Shown piece after piece: positions 39,500-52,085 of a stretch of DNA of 64,000 nucleotides. The first letter of the stretch is position 1; each line of letters begins with the position of its first letter. Location: positions 1,798,001-1,862,000 of the forward strand of contig OX597822.1 of NCBI GenBank assembly GCA_951406725.2, read 5' to 3'. The notes beneath the pieces were generated by a model. That model saw only the letters and a program-made list of their open reading frames with translations. It had not been told where the DNA came from and did not search any database. The stretch is from Octopus vulgaris. Its lineage: Eukaryota. The position numbers were made by a program, and so were the translations under genes.

Positions 39500-39978
39500 A
39501 TACTAATAAAAAAAAAATACTTGTAGAATAACAGACATAAGTTTTTCCACTGATAAAAATATATCTATAAGGGAATTTGACAAAATATGTAAATATAAGG
39601 AACAGGAAATTGAAATACAAAAGATGTGGCATTTTAAAGCTAGATGTATTCCTGGTATTGTGGGTGCCCTAGGGATATTAAGAAAGGACTGTCAGAAACA
39701 TCTAGATAATATCCGAGGAGAACCATGTCTCAGAGAAACCAAAAGATTGTGCTGACAAGTACTGTCCACATCCTTAGAAAAACCATTTTTAATTTAAATG
39801 CATGTGTTGTATTACATGAATATATTTCGCTACTGACCCTGCCATTTACCCTCCCCAAGCTTCCAGTTACATACCGTAACAGCCATTATCCTTCACTCGA
39901 CCAAGAACACTGTGTGTGTCTCGGCGAGTGATTGTAAGAAATATGCAGATTAAAAGTAAAAACTAATACTAATACTAG
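39500..39978 (+). mobile_element. R4/Dong-like RLE 3' end (family 4) followed by (TAA)n
   Basis: CRITDISF...EFDKICKYKEQEIEIQKMWHFKARCIPGIVGALGILRK...QKIVLTSTVHILRK. Confidence 0.85.
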
Positions 39979-39992
39979 TGATGATGATGATG

Positions 39993-40080
<88 letters not shown>

Positions 40081-40845
40081 GGAAGGAATATATTCACAGA
40101 CATGACAGAGTTGGAACCTACATACACTGGAAGCTATGCCAACATTATGGAATAACAACAGAAAAAGGATGGTATAGGCACACGCCAGAAAAGGTCACAG
40201 AAAACGAGAAAGCAACCATACTCTGGGATATGGCGATACACACAGAAGAGAAATTAAGGCCAACAGACCAGATATAGTTGTCAGAGATGATGAAGAAAAA
40301 AAATGCTTTCTAATTGATGTATCAATACGTACTTCTTTATTACCCACAAGGGGCTAAACATAGAGGGGACAAACAAGAACAGACATAGGTATTAAGTCGA
40401 TTACATCGACCCCAGTGCGGAACTGGTACTTAATTTATCGACCCCGAAAGGATGAAAGGCAAAGTCAACCTCGGCGGAATTTGAACTCAATACGGGCAGA
40501 TGACAACGTGTCTCTAAAAGAAATGGAGAAACTTTCAAAATACAAAGACCTGGAAATAGAGGTAACCAGAATGTGGAATCTAAAAACAGAAACAATTCCT
40601 ATCATACTAGGTGCATTAGGCATGATAAAAAAATATTCAGACAAATACATAACAAAAACACCAGGACTTACAAACACATCTAACATACAAAAAATTGCAC
40701 TACTAGGCACTGCACACATCCTACGCAGAACACTTTACATACAATAACCATCAGAGCATCACAACAAATCACAGCACATACTCAAGGCACACAGAGCTGT
40801 GCTCGGTAGTGAAGTGAAAGCACGCTAAAAAAATAAAACTACTGA
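40081..40845 (+). mobile_element. R4/Dong-like RLE 3' end (family 1) interrupted by a SINE B insertion
   Basis: EYIHRHDRVGTYIHWKLC...WYRHTPEKVTEN..ILWD...ANRPDIVV...LIDVSI / ADDNVSLKEMEKLSKYKDLEIE...GTAHILRR; (TAA)n on both sides. Confidence 0.92.
40330..40486 (-). mobile_element. 5'-truncated SINE family B with TSD tcaatacg
   Basis: TSD at 40322-40329 and 40487-40494; the uninterrupted site is visible in the 22.1-kb copy. Confidence 0.9.
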
Positions 40846-40869
40846 ATAATAATAATAATAATAATAATT

Positions 40870-41808
40870 GCAGATGGGAATAGAAACCTCTCCATGGCAA
40901 GTATGTGGCCCGTAGCAAACAAGCTGATGTCGATCAGAAACACACGCACCAAGGGTTACGGAGTTCAGGGCTAAAAGCAGAGTGAAGGTTTCATATTAGC
41001 TGCTCAAGACCAAAGTTTATTAACCCGGAACTACCAAGCCAATGTGATGAAAAATGGAGGTGACCCAAAATGCCGATTCTGTAACGATGAGATTGAAACC
41101 ATAGACCACCTAATCTCAGGGTGTAGAGTCTTAGCACCTGCAGAATTATAAAGCAAGACATGACAGAGTCGGCCAGTATTTACATTGGACAATATGTCGG
41201 CATTATAAAATCAAAACCGCTGACAAATGGTATTAAACATCATCCTGAAGCTGTAACTGAGGGAGAAAATGTGTCGATTCTATGGGACTTCCCCGTACAG
41301 ACCGACAGGACTATAAAAGCTAATAAATGGGATATTGTTATAAAAGATCAGACAAAAAGGATGTGTTTATTAATTGACATGAGTATTCCTTGTGATCACA
41401 ATATAGCGGCGAAAGAATTTGACAAGGTTAGTAAATATAAAGACCTGCTAATGGAAATTGAAAAAATGTGGCATCTCAAGGCGACTACAGTACCAGTGAT
41501 TGTAGGATATCTAGGAATGATAAAAAAAAGGCACTGAAACCTATTTGAAAATGATTCCAGGCTTACATCCCTACAGGAAGTGCAAAAAATCGTATTAACT
41601 GGAACGGCTCATGTACTGAGAAGAGCACTATCGCTGTGAAAATAACATCCATCCATGAATTTATTTATTTATTAATTTTTAAATACATATGTTATCTATG
41701 AATTTGCGCGTGTACTCTGGGAATGCATACAATGCCCTTCTCTGCCCTAGGTGTATGGAAAACTCTCGGCGAGAAACGGAAGAAAATTTGAAGAAAGAAG
41801 GAAAAAAC
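40870..41808 (+). mobile_element. R4/Dong-like element 3' region (family 3): CCHC knuckle plus RLE endonuclease
   Basis: KPLHGKY; EGFILAAQDQSLLTRNY; CRFC...ETIDHLISGC; RHDRVGQYLHW; ILWDFPVQTD; LIDMSIP...KVSKYKDL; GTAHVLRR; ends in (TAA)n. Confidence 0.93.
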
Positions 41809-41854
<46 letters not shown>

Positions 41855-41899
41855 TAATAATAATAATAATAATAATCCTTTCTACTGGAGGTACAAGGG

Positions 41900-42160
41900 A
41901 GTTTGGAAACATGGCTGTTTCGTTCAACATCCTTATACAACCCTTATTGACGGTTCTTTTAAGCGTATCGGCTACTTGAGCCGAAGATAATTTAACTGGG
42001 CCCCACCTGCAAGTTCATGCGCTGTTAATCATTATATGAGATCACCATGTTGCGTACATGTAGCTGGGCTGCATGTGCTTAGTGTACCCTTATCAGACGG
42101 GTTGTCCTGATGGGTATACTGGGCTTCGTATATTTTACCCCAGTGTCACTTTGACGGCAT
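41900..42160. mobile_element. Family D repeat, partial
   Basis: Homologous to 22830-23060. Confidence 0.7.
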
Positions 42161-42269
42161 GTACAACATCAACAACAACAACAATAATAACAATGATAAT
42201 ACTTTCTACTATAAGCACAAGGTCTGTATTGCGTGGTAAGTTCATCACATCCACCCCATTGCTCAACTG

Positions 42270-42588
42270 ATACCTAATTGATCGGCCCCGGAGAATAAAA
42301 GGCAAAGTCGACCTCGGCGGAATTTGAACTCAGAACGTAGCGACGGGCGAAATACCTATTTCTTTACTACCCACAAGGGGCTAAACACAGAGAGGACAAA
42401 CAAGGACAGACAAACGGATTAATTCGATTACATCGACCCCAGTGCGTAACTGGTTCTTAATTTATCAATCCCGAAAGAATGAAAGGCTAAGTCGACCTCG
42501 GCGGAATATGAACTCAGAACGTAAAGACAGACGAAGTACGGCAAAGCATTTTTCCCGGCGTGCTAACAATTCTGACAACGCGCCGCCT
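42270..42588 (-). mobile_element. SINE family B dimer
   Basis: Two tandem ggc(a/t)aagtcgacctcggcggaat(t/a)tgaactcagaacgta units. Confidence 0.9.
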
Positions 42589-42835
42589 TAGTAGTAGTAG
42601 TAGTAGTAGTAGCAGTAGTAGTAGTAGTAGGAGGAGGAGGAGGAGGTGGAGGAGTAATCAGGCAAAGACAAAGAGAAATAGAAGAAGAAGAAGCTGATGG
42701 TGATGGTGATGATGATGATAATGATGATGATGATGATGTGATGATGATGATGATGAAGAAGAAGAAGAAGAAGAAGAAGAAGAAGAAGAAGAAGAAGAAG
42801 AAGAAGGAGGAGGAGGAGGAGGAGGAGGAGGGGGA
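42589..42835. repeat. Compound purine-rich trinucleotide array (TAG/GAG/GAT/GAA/GAG)
   Basis: Directly visible. Confidence 0.95.
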
Positions 42836-43188
42836 TGAGAAAGCATTCAGGATAGAATGGAGGAGAAAATGAATGGAAGTCTATTAGTACGCGACCGCAC
42901 ATCTTGCTGAATAACTCCTACGCCTATTATAAGACAGAGAAAGAATCGTACATATTGGTCATTCCATAGTACACACTTTCCTATGCAAGTGATACGCACT
43001 TATCATGTGCTAGTGACATTACTTCAGAAAATTGTCCTACTTTCCAATAATCGATCAGTAAAACAAATAGAAAACGAGCTGATATAAATCCGAAAAAAAC
43101 ATCTGAAAAAAAAACAAAACAAAAAACCGCCTTCCATCTTTTTAAAGAAACACTTGGAAAAACAACATTCAATATTTGTGTTTTACAG

Positions 43189-43307
43189 TTCAACAATAAC
43201 AACAAGAAGAACGAAGATGATGCACTTAGCGCTGACTTCAGCGACTTCATGACTTTTCAGCCTTGCACTATTCGTGCTGCACATTCCCTTCACTTCACAG
43301 TAATCAG
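43189..43307 (+). other. Candidate internal exon (119 nt, open in phase 0: FNNNNKKNEDDALSADFSDFMTFQPCTIRAAHSLHFTVI)
   Basis: ttgtgttttacAG acceptor and cag|GTAAAC donor; no family recognised. Confidence 0.3.
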
Positions 43308-43692
43308 GTAAACCTCTATGGCAACCAAAACTATTCACATACACTTCATTATCATCGTTGTTGTCGCTATTGTCGTCGTCTGCGTTGTCGTCACCGTCAT
43401 CATCTTCATCTACCGAGGATGCTGCCGCGAGTAACACAATGTCCGCTTTCTCTTTCTTTTAACACCTAAATCCAGCGATGCCTCTGCTAAACTCCATAGC
43501 CCTACTAAATCTACCCATCATTCCAAACCTCACGAAGTACCCCTCTCCCCGATATCAGTGCCAAAATTATTCATCTCAAGGCCATCCGTAATCACACTGT
43601 TGCACACGCTCTAAGCACGAATGAAATAGAACCTCAAAATCTACCGATATACACTATGGGACATAATATGCCTGCGTTACTCTTCCTTCACC

Positions 43693-44008
43693 TGACCGGG
43701 CGTTGTGAGTGTTTATTGAGCGAAAACACCTAAAGCTCCACGAGGCTCCGGCAGGGTGTGGTGGTGATCCCTGCTGTACTCTTTCACCACAACTTTCTCT
43801 CACTCTTACTTCCTGTTTCTGTTGTACCTGTATTTCAAAGGGCCGGCCTTGTCACTCTCTGTGTGACGCTGAATATCCCCGAGAACAACGTTAAGGGTAC
43901 ACGTGTCTGTGGAGTGCTCAGCCACTTACACGTTAATTTCACGAGCAGGCTGTTCCGTTGATCGGATCAACCGGAACCCTCGTCGTCGTAACCGACGGAG
44001 TGCTTCCT
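43693..44008 (+). mobile_element. SINE, family C-related, 5'-truncated
   Basis: gaccgggcgttgtgagtgtttattgagcg and cacaactttctctcactct shared with the 14626 copy; a degenerate version of its tail is at ~7400-7500. Confidence 0.75.
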
Positions 44009-44329
44009 CTCTCACCTGACCATCCGCATGATAGATGCACAATCAAGAAACACGTTTCCAGTGTATGCTATGCCATAAGAAAAAGGAATAGAGAAAAATA
44101 TATATAGCATCGCTACGTATCCTTTTTTCAAGACTGACACACTTGCTCTCTTTACTAATTTTATGAAATCCAACTGTTACCACAAAACCCAGCTTTGACA
44201 CAACAATGACAATTTTTTATTTTAATCTTTGCAGAATCTGGAAAAAACTCGTTAATCAAGAGAAAACAGCTTTTAGTCATACTAGATGTGGAAACCCGGA
44301 GAAATATTTCACTATTTCGAGGGAGAGGA

Positions 44330-44480
44330 CAGAGATATGTTGATTACATCGCAACCCCAGTGTTCAACAGGTTCTTATTTCATCGACCTCGGCGGAATTT
44401 TAATACGGAGCGTAAAGACGGACGAAATGCCGTTAAACATTTTATCCGGTGCGCTAATGGTTCTGCCAGCTTGCTGCCTT
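44330..44480 (-). mobile_element. SINE family B, degenerate
   Basis: gattacatcg...catcgacctcggcggaattt...ttctgccagcttgctgcct. Confidence 0.75.
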
Positions 44481-45419
44481 AATCCGGAGAATATTATTCT
44501 CGATAAAACATCAATTACTTGTGTCACCCTCGTGCACATAACATCTCTAGTGCTGCCACAAAACGCCGCTATCGACAAATCACGAACGTTAGAGTGACAG
44601 AAAGAAACATCAACTTAAATTAGCAACGACAATCCTGCTCAATGCTCATGGATAAATGTGTGTCTATGCACAAAATATTGAACGCTGAATTACAAAAAAA
44701 AAAAAAGAAAGGAAAATCCAACTATTTTCTTCATTCTAACAACTGCACTCCAACAACTTTCATTCAGGTGCTTGGGAGGAGGTTTACATCCTTAGGATTT
44801 TCCAGTCCAGAGGTCCACATACCCAATTTTCCTCTTCTTTATGTCTGACATGTTTCACCTTGAATGCTGCTGATCGCTGTGCTTTTCGTACACAAATCAT
44901 TATGAGAAATGAAACATTGATTGTTGTATTTTATTCTCTTCAACGCAGCATTGAAAGCTGCATAATTTGTACAGTGCGGAAAACATTCCATCTTCATTGC
45001 CCAAAAGATGCCATTATCAAGTTCACAGGTTACCTAAGGCTAGTCTTCCGTGTCTTGCGACCCAATGAGATTCAAGATCACATCGCAAAAACTATGCGAC
45101 ATAACATTTGTTTTTACAACCACCATTTCTGCTTCATTTAACATTACACCTCAAGAAAATAAAAGAGAAAGCGACCTCATAACAATCAAATGGAAACAAG
45201 GCGAAATCGTCCAAGACGTATTGGACGAACGACACCCGGATTTATTCCACAAACAACAATCGGGTACTCCAATAGGCTTTGGAATCCCAAAACATGAATT
45301 ATATATTACTTCAGTTGGGAATATAAGTGAAGAGTCAGTCTAGACGATACGATAAGTGACAAAACCTAATTTAACTTATCTAAGTTGTGTGCGAGTTTAT
45401 ATATATATTTATATATATG

Positions 45420-45485
<66 letters not shown>

Positions 45486-45529
45486 TGTGTGTGTGTATGT
45501 GTGAGTGTGTGTATATGTATGTATGTATA

Positions 45530-46330
45530 AGTTAAATAAAATGAGACAACAAAACCAAGGCTGTGAGGGATTTTCAGGAGACTTTCAATAAAAATTTAGT
45601 CTCAGCTGTTTCTGGGATATTAGGGGTATCCCTTCATCAGAGTCGATGTGAAATGGTTACATAGAGGGAAACACTAGAGTTCAATATAAGGCGTTATTTT
45701 GGAAAAGGATGGAAATAAGAAGTTTAAAAGGAAATAAGAGATTAAAAATAAAACTGAAAATATATGTAGGATGTTATAGTTGTAGTTCCAAGGAAAGTGG
45801 TGTGCAGAAGTGTTAAAAATCCTTCCTGTCAATGGTATGTAAATTCCGATGGGAATTCATATTTTCTCATTACAAATGGAAAGTGTGGAGACGTAGATTC
45901 CATATGCTGTTCATTTAAAAGGGGTCTTGTGGCTTGAATGAAATGTTAGGAATGTAGTGGTAGTATTAAGAAGATAGAGAGTAGAGAAATGATGTGTATG
46001 TTAAAATGAGGGGAATGGTCAAAAGGAATAGGTGAGGAAAGAAGTAAGATAGATGGAGAGAAAATGAAAAAAGTGTTAGTTGGTGGTCGAGATGTTATGA
46101 GGGGGGATAGGAGAAGAATAGGGGTTGGTTAGGAAGAGATAAGAATGTAAGGAATGCCTATGAGTGAGGAGTGGGAGGTGTGGTGATATGTTTGAAAGGT
46201 ACTAAGTTGAAGGGATTGGTACAGAAAATTGTACAGGGGCGGTTACAAAGGGGAGTAGTAAACCTCAAAAAGGAAGCGAAGAATAATATACACATATGTA
46301 TTTATTGTACTGGCTAATGTGATAGCGGAG
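45530..46330 (-). mobile_element. Penelope-like 3' region with degenerate HHR at 45598-45645
   Basis: Minus strand CUGAUGA-A-GGGAUA-loop-UAUCCC-A-GAAACAGCUG; terminus cacagccttggtttt shared with 47769-47785. Confidence 0.55.
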
Positions 46331-46457
46331 GGCTGAGGAATCGGAGAGAGAAAGAAAGAAGTATATATTGAATTACGCACGCGCACACATACACAGAGAT
46401 ATGTGTGTATATGTGCTATTATACATACACACACACACACACACACACACACGTAGT

Positions 46458-46666
<209 letters not shown>

Positions 46667-46775
46667 TTCAGTGAGACAACATGTTCTTTGTCTGTCTCCG
46701 TAACTTCTTGGAGGTTCTAGGTATAATTATACTAATGTCTCCATCTGTTCTAATTTAATTAAATTCTATGACTTT

Positions 46776-46864
46776 GTGCAGCTGAAAATTGCTCAACATT
46801 TCAAATTGATGTAATGATGGCATTGTTCAATTAAATGGAGTTGCATGAAACGATCGTACTGCAT
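46776..46864 (+). ncRNA. Type I hammerhead motif, long stem II (G8A in this copy)
   Basis: GUGCAG-CUGAAAA-long hairpin-GAAA-CGAUC-GUA-CUGCAU; sister of 3248-3336. Confidence 0.65.
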
Positions 46865-46911
46865 TACCTCTGGATATTCTTGTTGCTTATCTTGAGATAT
46901 ATATATATATA

Positions 46912-46958
46912 AAAACTGTCTGATGAACGGCAACGAGAAACTCAGAGTAACAGATTTT
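46912..46958 (+). ncRNA. Minimal type I hammerhead, canonical core, in a ~75-nt element between TA tracts
   Basis: CUGU-CUGAUGA-ACGGCAACGA-GAAA-CUCAGA-GUA-ACAG; AATAAA downstream at ~46980. Confidence 0.75.
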
Positions 46959-46985
46959 GTTGAATTTTCTGCTGCTTAAAATAAA

Positions 46986-47024
<39 letters not shown>

Positions 47025-47161
47025 CCATACACATGCACGCATACATGTTTAAACATACATATATGGATCATTAGACAATTCAAAAATAATTGGCATTCCA
47101 ATCGCGTTTTTCACCGTCACCTTATCTTTTGAATCCATAGGATCACCGGCTTGTCTATATG

Positions 47162-47229
<68 letters not shown>

Positions 47230-47450
47230 TAGACACACACACACACACACATACATATATATACATACATACATATATATATATATATAATGGATGCAAA
47301 ATAAACACGTTTTATTTAGATAAAATCCTCCATTCAATAGCACTGTGTACAAACTCTATACTTGAATGACCAATTTTAAATACTATTGGAATTTACTCAT
47401 AAGGGATTGGAATCTTATATGTATACCATTCTGCCTAAATAATGGATCCA

Positions 47451-47800
47451 CAAATGCAATATCCCTGCATATCTCACATCTACTTTCATTCCTCAACTTC
47501 CCTCTCTATTTCGTATCTAAATTAACTATTACTTAAGCGTTTTCTCACGCCATCTCCGATGAAGGGATAAAATAAATATCCTGGAAACAGTTGTACAAAT
47601 GCAATATCGATGTATATCTCACATCTATTTTCATTCCTCCACTACACTCTCTATTTCGTATCTTATCTAAATTAACTATTGCTTTACCATTTTCTCACGT
47701 CGTCTCCGATGAAAGGATAAAATAGATATCCTGGAAACGGCTTCTGTTTATAAATGTTCTAAACTTTTCACAGCCTTGGTTTTTAATCTCATTCTGAAAA
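47451..47800 (+). mobile_element. Tandem pair of ~145-nt HHR-terminated Penelope/retrozyme-like units
   Basis: Units 47451-47595 and 47596-~47745 each end in (a/g)tct-CCGATGA-A-(g/a)GGATA...TATCC-tg-GAAAC. Confidence 0.75.
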
Positions 47801-47933
47801 AAAAAAGTGTTATATATATACATGCTGATATATGACCTACGTTGGACTCCTTATTCGCATTATCCATAGCACTTACTCAGCATTACCTGACACCTTTGGG
47901 TCTTATTGACACCATTACCTCTTATAGCCTCTC

Positions 47934-47982
<49 letters not shown>

Positions 47983-48316
47983 ATATATATATATATATAC
48001 ATATATATATCTATGTATATATACATGTGTACATATATATTATATATATATATATATGTATATATAGAGAGAGAGAGAGAGAAAAGAGAGAGAGAGAGAG
48101 GGGGGTAATAATAACAATAATTCAAGGATGGAATTTATTACCGTTTAATTCATCGCTACGCGAGTTTTCACGGATCACATGTCACTTAAGTTCACAGTTC
48201 GTATTCCTCGAAAGATTACAGCGTAGTCCGTCATTAGAGTGTGACCGGCATAATGGAAAAAGAGCTGTATTTGCATATTCAAAACGTTTCCTGGAGACAA
48301 ATTTAAAAGACATATA

Positions 48317-48366
<50 letters not shown>

Positions 48367-48534
48367 TCGGTAGTTATGCATGTATATACACCATATATAT
48401 TCATATATGATGTATGTATACATTCAACAATTATCCATGTATATAGATAGTGCGTATGTATGTATGCATGTATGTAGGTATGTATGTTTATATATATATT
48501 TGGAACATATTTTATGTAAGTGCATGGATATGTG

Positions 48535-48961
48535 GGATCTTTTCGGTTTGAACGGCAGTTTTTTCTAGCGGTGTCATATGAAATTGTCAGCCATAATTAT
48601 GACCATAGAATCGATCTATTGCATTTCAATCTATTTTAGGGTTATGGTTAGTTAGGGTTAGAAGTGGAAGAAGGATATCTTTTTTCTTCAGAAATGTAAA
48701 TAAACCGAATCTCTTTCTTAAACGAGGGACATATTCATACGGCACAGAATCCTTTTTAACTCAATAGACGTCACTGATTGGTTGAAATTGCAGAAACTGA
48801 AGAAAAAAAAACAACAAATATCTTACAAACTATAGAATCTTCTAAATAAAGCCAAGAGAAAAAGATGTTTTATAAACACATTCTACCAGTATACGAAGGT
48901 TAACATTTTTTTAGTTACCTAGAAATTATGTTAAAAACTGCCGTTCAAACCGAAAAGATCC
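48535..48961 (+). mobile_element. MITE with ~28-bp TIRs and 8-bp TSD, copy 2
   Basis: Same TIRs as 23680; TSD gatatgtg/gatatgta. Confidence 0.92.
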
Positions 48962-50165
48962 GATATGTATGTAAAATGATCTTAAATATATATTTGAATC
49001 GTTTAGTGTATGAGTGTAGAGCTTTTGATTGATGAATTTAGAAGCGACCACTCTCAGGTCCGTTGTAAATATGTGCTGTGCGTAAAAAACAGAAAACCCA
49101 CGCCTACACACGTCAATGATAGTTTTCCTCATACTAGTTTTTTTACTGTTTATTTCTTCCTCTCTATTCTATATTCATGTGTATGTATGTGTGTGCGTAT
49201 GGATGCATAATATACACGTTTGTTTGCACACACACACACACACATAACTATAGATGCGCGTGCATGTATGTTAATATGTTTTTACGAAGCAAGGACACCT
49301 ACTTTTTCTCAAGATTTATTGAAAATCGTTGTCTTCTTTGGTTTCAGTAGACTTTTGTCACATTTTCAATAAAACATCTCTTGTGCTGCCTGCTTTTCTC
49401 TCGTTTTCAGCAGCCCTACCCACCTCCGCCACCACCAACACAACCGTAATAAACACGTGGGCGATCCCATTACGCTACGCCTACGTGAACTGTCAGCTCT
49501 CTCCATTGTAGTTTATGTTTGGCGTTTAATTCATTACAAACTGTTTATCGTTGATAAGATTTGTTGTGCTTTGCGTGTGGATATGTAGCTTTGTCGAAGT
49601 TCTTTTGTTGGGCTACATTCGTGTCAATATCTAATTCACCTTTGAGGAAATTAACCTATGGTAGAGTATAGTGACCGTGTTTAGAAACGGCATTTTTTGA
49701 CCCGGTTTCCATTCCACCGAAGCAACTATTCAATTTTATTTGCATCATTAATTTACATTATTTTATATCATTAAATAAGATTATGATTACTCCTGATTCT
49801 GTTTCCAATTACTTTATACATGCGCGGTGTCGTCACTAATTTAAAAAGGCGAATATATTGGCAATATTATTAACATCGGAAGAAATATAGTGCAGCGGTT
49901 TCGAATCTTATTTGAAATCTATTCATTTCATCTATATGACCAGCATCATACAATATCACTTCACTTCCTAAACAAATGTGGAAACTTCTGCTGCTCAGAT
50001 ACAATGTCACACATGTCAAATCGTATATAAGAAACAATCATTATTTCTCTATTTCTTCCTCAAAACGGGTATTATCTGGAAGGATTTCCGTGCTTACCTC
50101 TTCCTATTTGCATCAAACTATAGTTGTTACGATTCATAGGACACATATATAATACCAAGTTTTCT

Positions 50166-50593
50166 GGATCTTTTCGGTTTGACTGGCAGTTTTTAAAAAT
50201 AATTTCCACGTAACTAAACACTTAAAATTCGTATACTGGTAGAATGTGTTTATAAAACATCTTTTTCTCTTGGCTTTATGGAGAAAATTCTATAGTTTGT
50301 AACATATTTGTTGGGTTTTTTTCTTCAATTTCTGCAATTTCAACCAATCAATGACGTCTGTTGAGGTGAAAACATGTGCCATATGAATACGTCCCTCATT
50401 TAAGAAACAGATTGGGTTTATTTACATTTGTGAAGCAAAAAAGATACCCTTCCCCCACCCATAACCCTAACCCTAACTAACCCTAACCCTAAAACAGATT
50501 GAAATGCAATAGATCGATTCTAGGGTCATAATTATGGGTGGCAATTTCATATGACACCGCTAGAAAAAACTGCCGGTCAAACCGAAAAGATCC
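50166..50593 (-). mobile_element. MITE with ~28-bp TIRs and 8-bp TSD, copy 3 (inverted)
   Basis: Perfect TSD agttttct at 50158-50165 and 50594-50601; internal (CCCTAA)-like repeats. Confidence 0.93.
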
Positions 50594-51654
50594 AGTTTTC
50601 TCCTAAGTCTCTTTGTGCTAACTATGTAAAATAACTCAGAGCTAATACATACGTAGACTTACAACTGTTTTACTACCCGTGGCATTCCTCTAGAGTGACC
50701 AAATGATATTTTCGTAAACGTATAATTGAGCAGTATATTATAAATCACCGAATATAATAAACGCAAAATCGATTATTAAGTAGATTAATTTATCATCCCA
50801 CATTTGTAAATATTTCCCTCAAACAACATCATTTTTCGAACAGATATCAATCCATAGCATTTGTTTGGATCTCATTTCATCCATTTCCAATATGAACACT
50901 CTTAGCTCTTGACGTCATCAATTTGTTTTATCAAATTTGTTAATAACGTCCGAGGAAAACGGTGTTAAATATGCTATCCAAATACGGTCTTACGTGAAAA
51001 GTAATTGTAATAATCTTCAATCATAGATCGAACCTTTCTATGCAGGATTATGAAGATAACTCATTAAACGCTACATGCACATAGTTTAACCTTTCGGCAT
51101 TCGGATTGCTCTGTTAATTGTAATGTCAATTTATTCGCATTGCTTTTAATTGATCATGCTTTATCTCGTAGCACCGAGATTTCGATTATGTTGTTGCTTA
51201 TTTCCAAAATGACATTGCAGGGTAGGTGTGAGAGGCCGGTTTTTGCCAGTTTTAACATAAAACAGGTAGGAATACTTGAGCTGGGTATTCAAGTTTTAAA
51301 GCTTAAAGAATCGAACATTAATTAAAGAAGGCGTTGAAAGGAAACACCATCTCTTGAAGCAGGGAAAGGATTTCGCTACCTGCCGTGTAATTGAGGGAAG
51401 ATTTACAGTGAAAATAAATTGGAGAAACACATTCAGTATTACATAGAAAAAGAGGTATACATGCGTTGCATAAAACCGCTTCAAATAGGCGTTCACATAA
51501 CCCGTCTAAGGACGAAGCTTTATATCAAAGACTCGAAAGCAAATCATTCTTCAAATGATCCACAAGTATTAAAACAATAAGTTAAACTATGGTCATAGAC
51601 TTGCCAATGGTTTCGCATCCCCGAAAGCTAGAATAGTGTGGACAACTCATCAGA

Positions 51655-51740
<86 letters not shown>

Positions 51741-51775
51741 AAGAAGAGAAAGAGGGAGAGAAACACATATATTAG

Positions 51776-51930
51776 GGCTTCTTTCAGTTTTCGTCTACCA
51801 AATCAACCCACAAAGCTTTGGTTGGCCTGAGGTGATAGTAGAAGACACTTGCCCAAGGTACCACGTAGTGGGACTGAACCCAGAACCATGTGATTGGGAA
51901 GCAAGCTTCTTCCCACACAGCCACACCTAT
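51776..51930 (-). mobile_element. SINE family A, 5' half
   Basis: ggcttctttcagttttcgtctacc...gaagacacttgcccaaggtaccacg...cacacagccacacct. Confidence 0.88.
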
Positions 51931-51959
51931 GCATACACGTATTATATATATATGTGTGT

Positions 51960-52085
51960 ACATACATACATACATACATACATATATACATACATACATA
52001 CATACATACATACATACATAGTACATACATACATACATACATACATACATACATACATACATACATACATACATACATACATACG
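51960..52085. repeat. (TACA)n microsatellite
   Basis: Directly visible. Confidence 0.95.

Noticed and set aside
44640-45343. ORF cluster, possible very old RTE C-terminus on the minus strand
   Set aside because: Motifs too degraded to support a call.
50455-50492. CCCTAA repeats suggesting a telomere or fusion site
   Set aside because: Internal to a MITE present in three copies.
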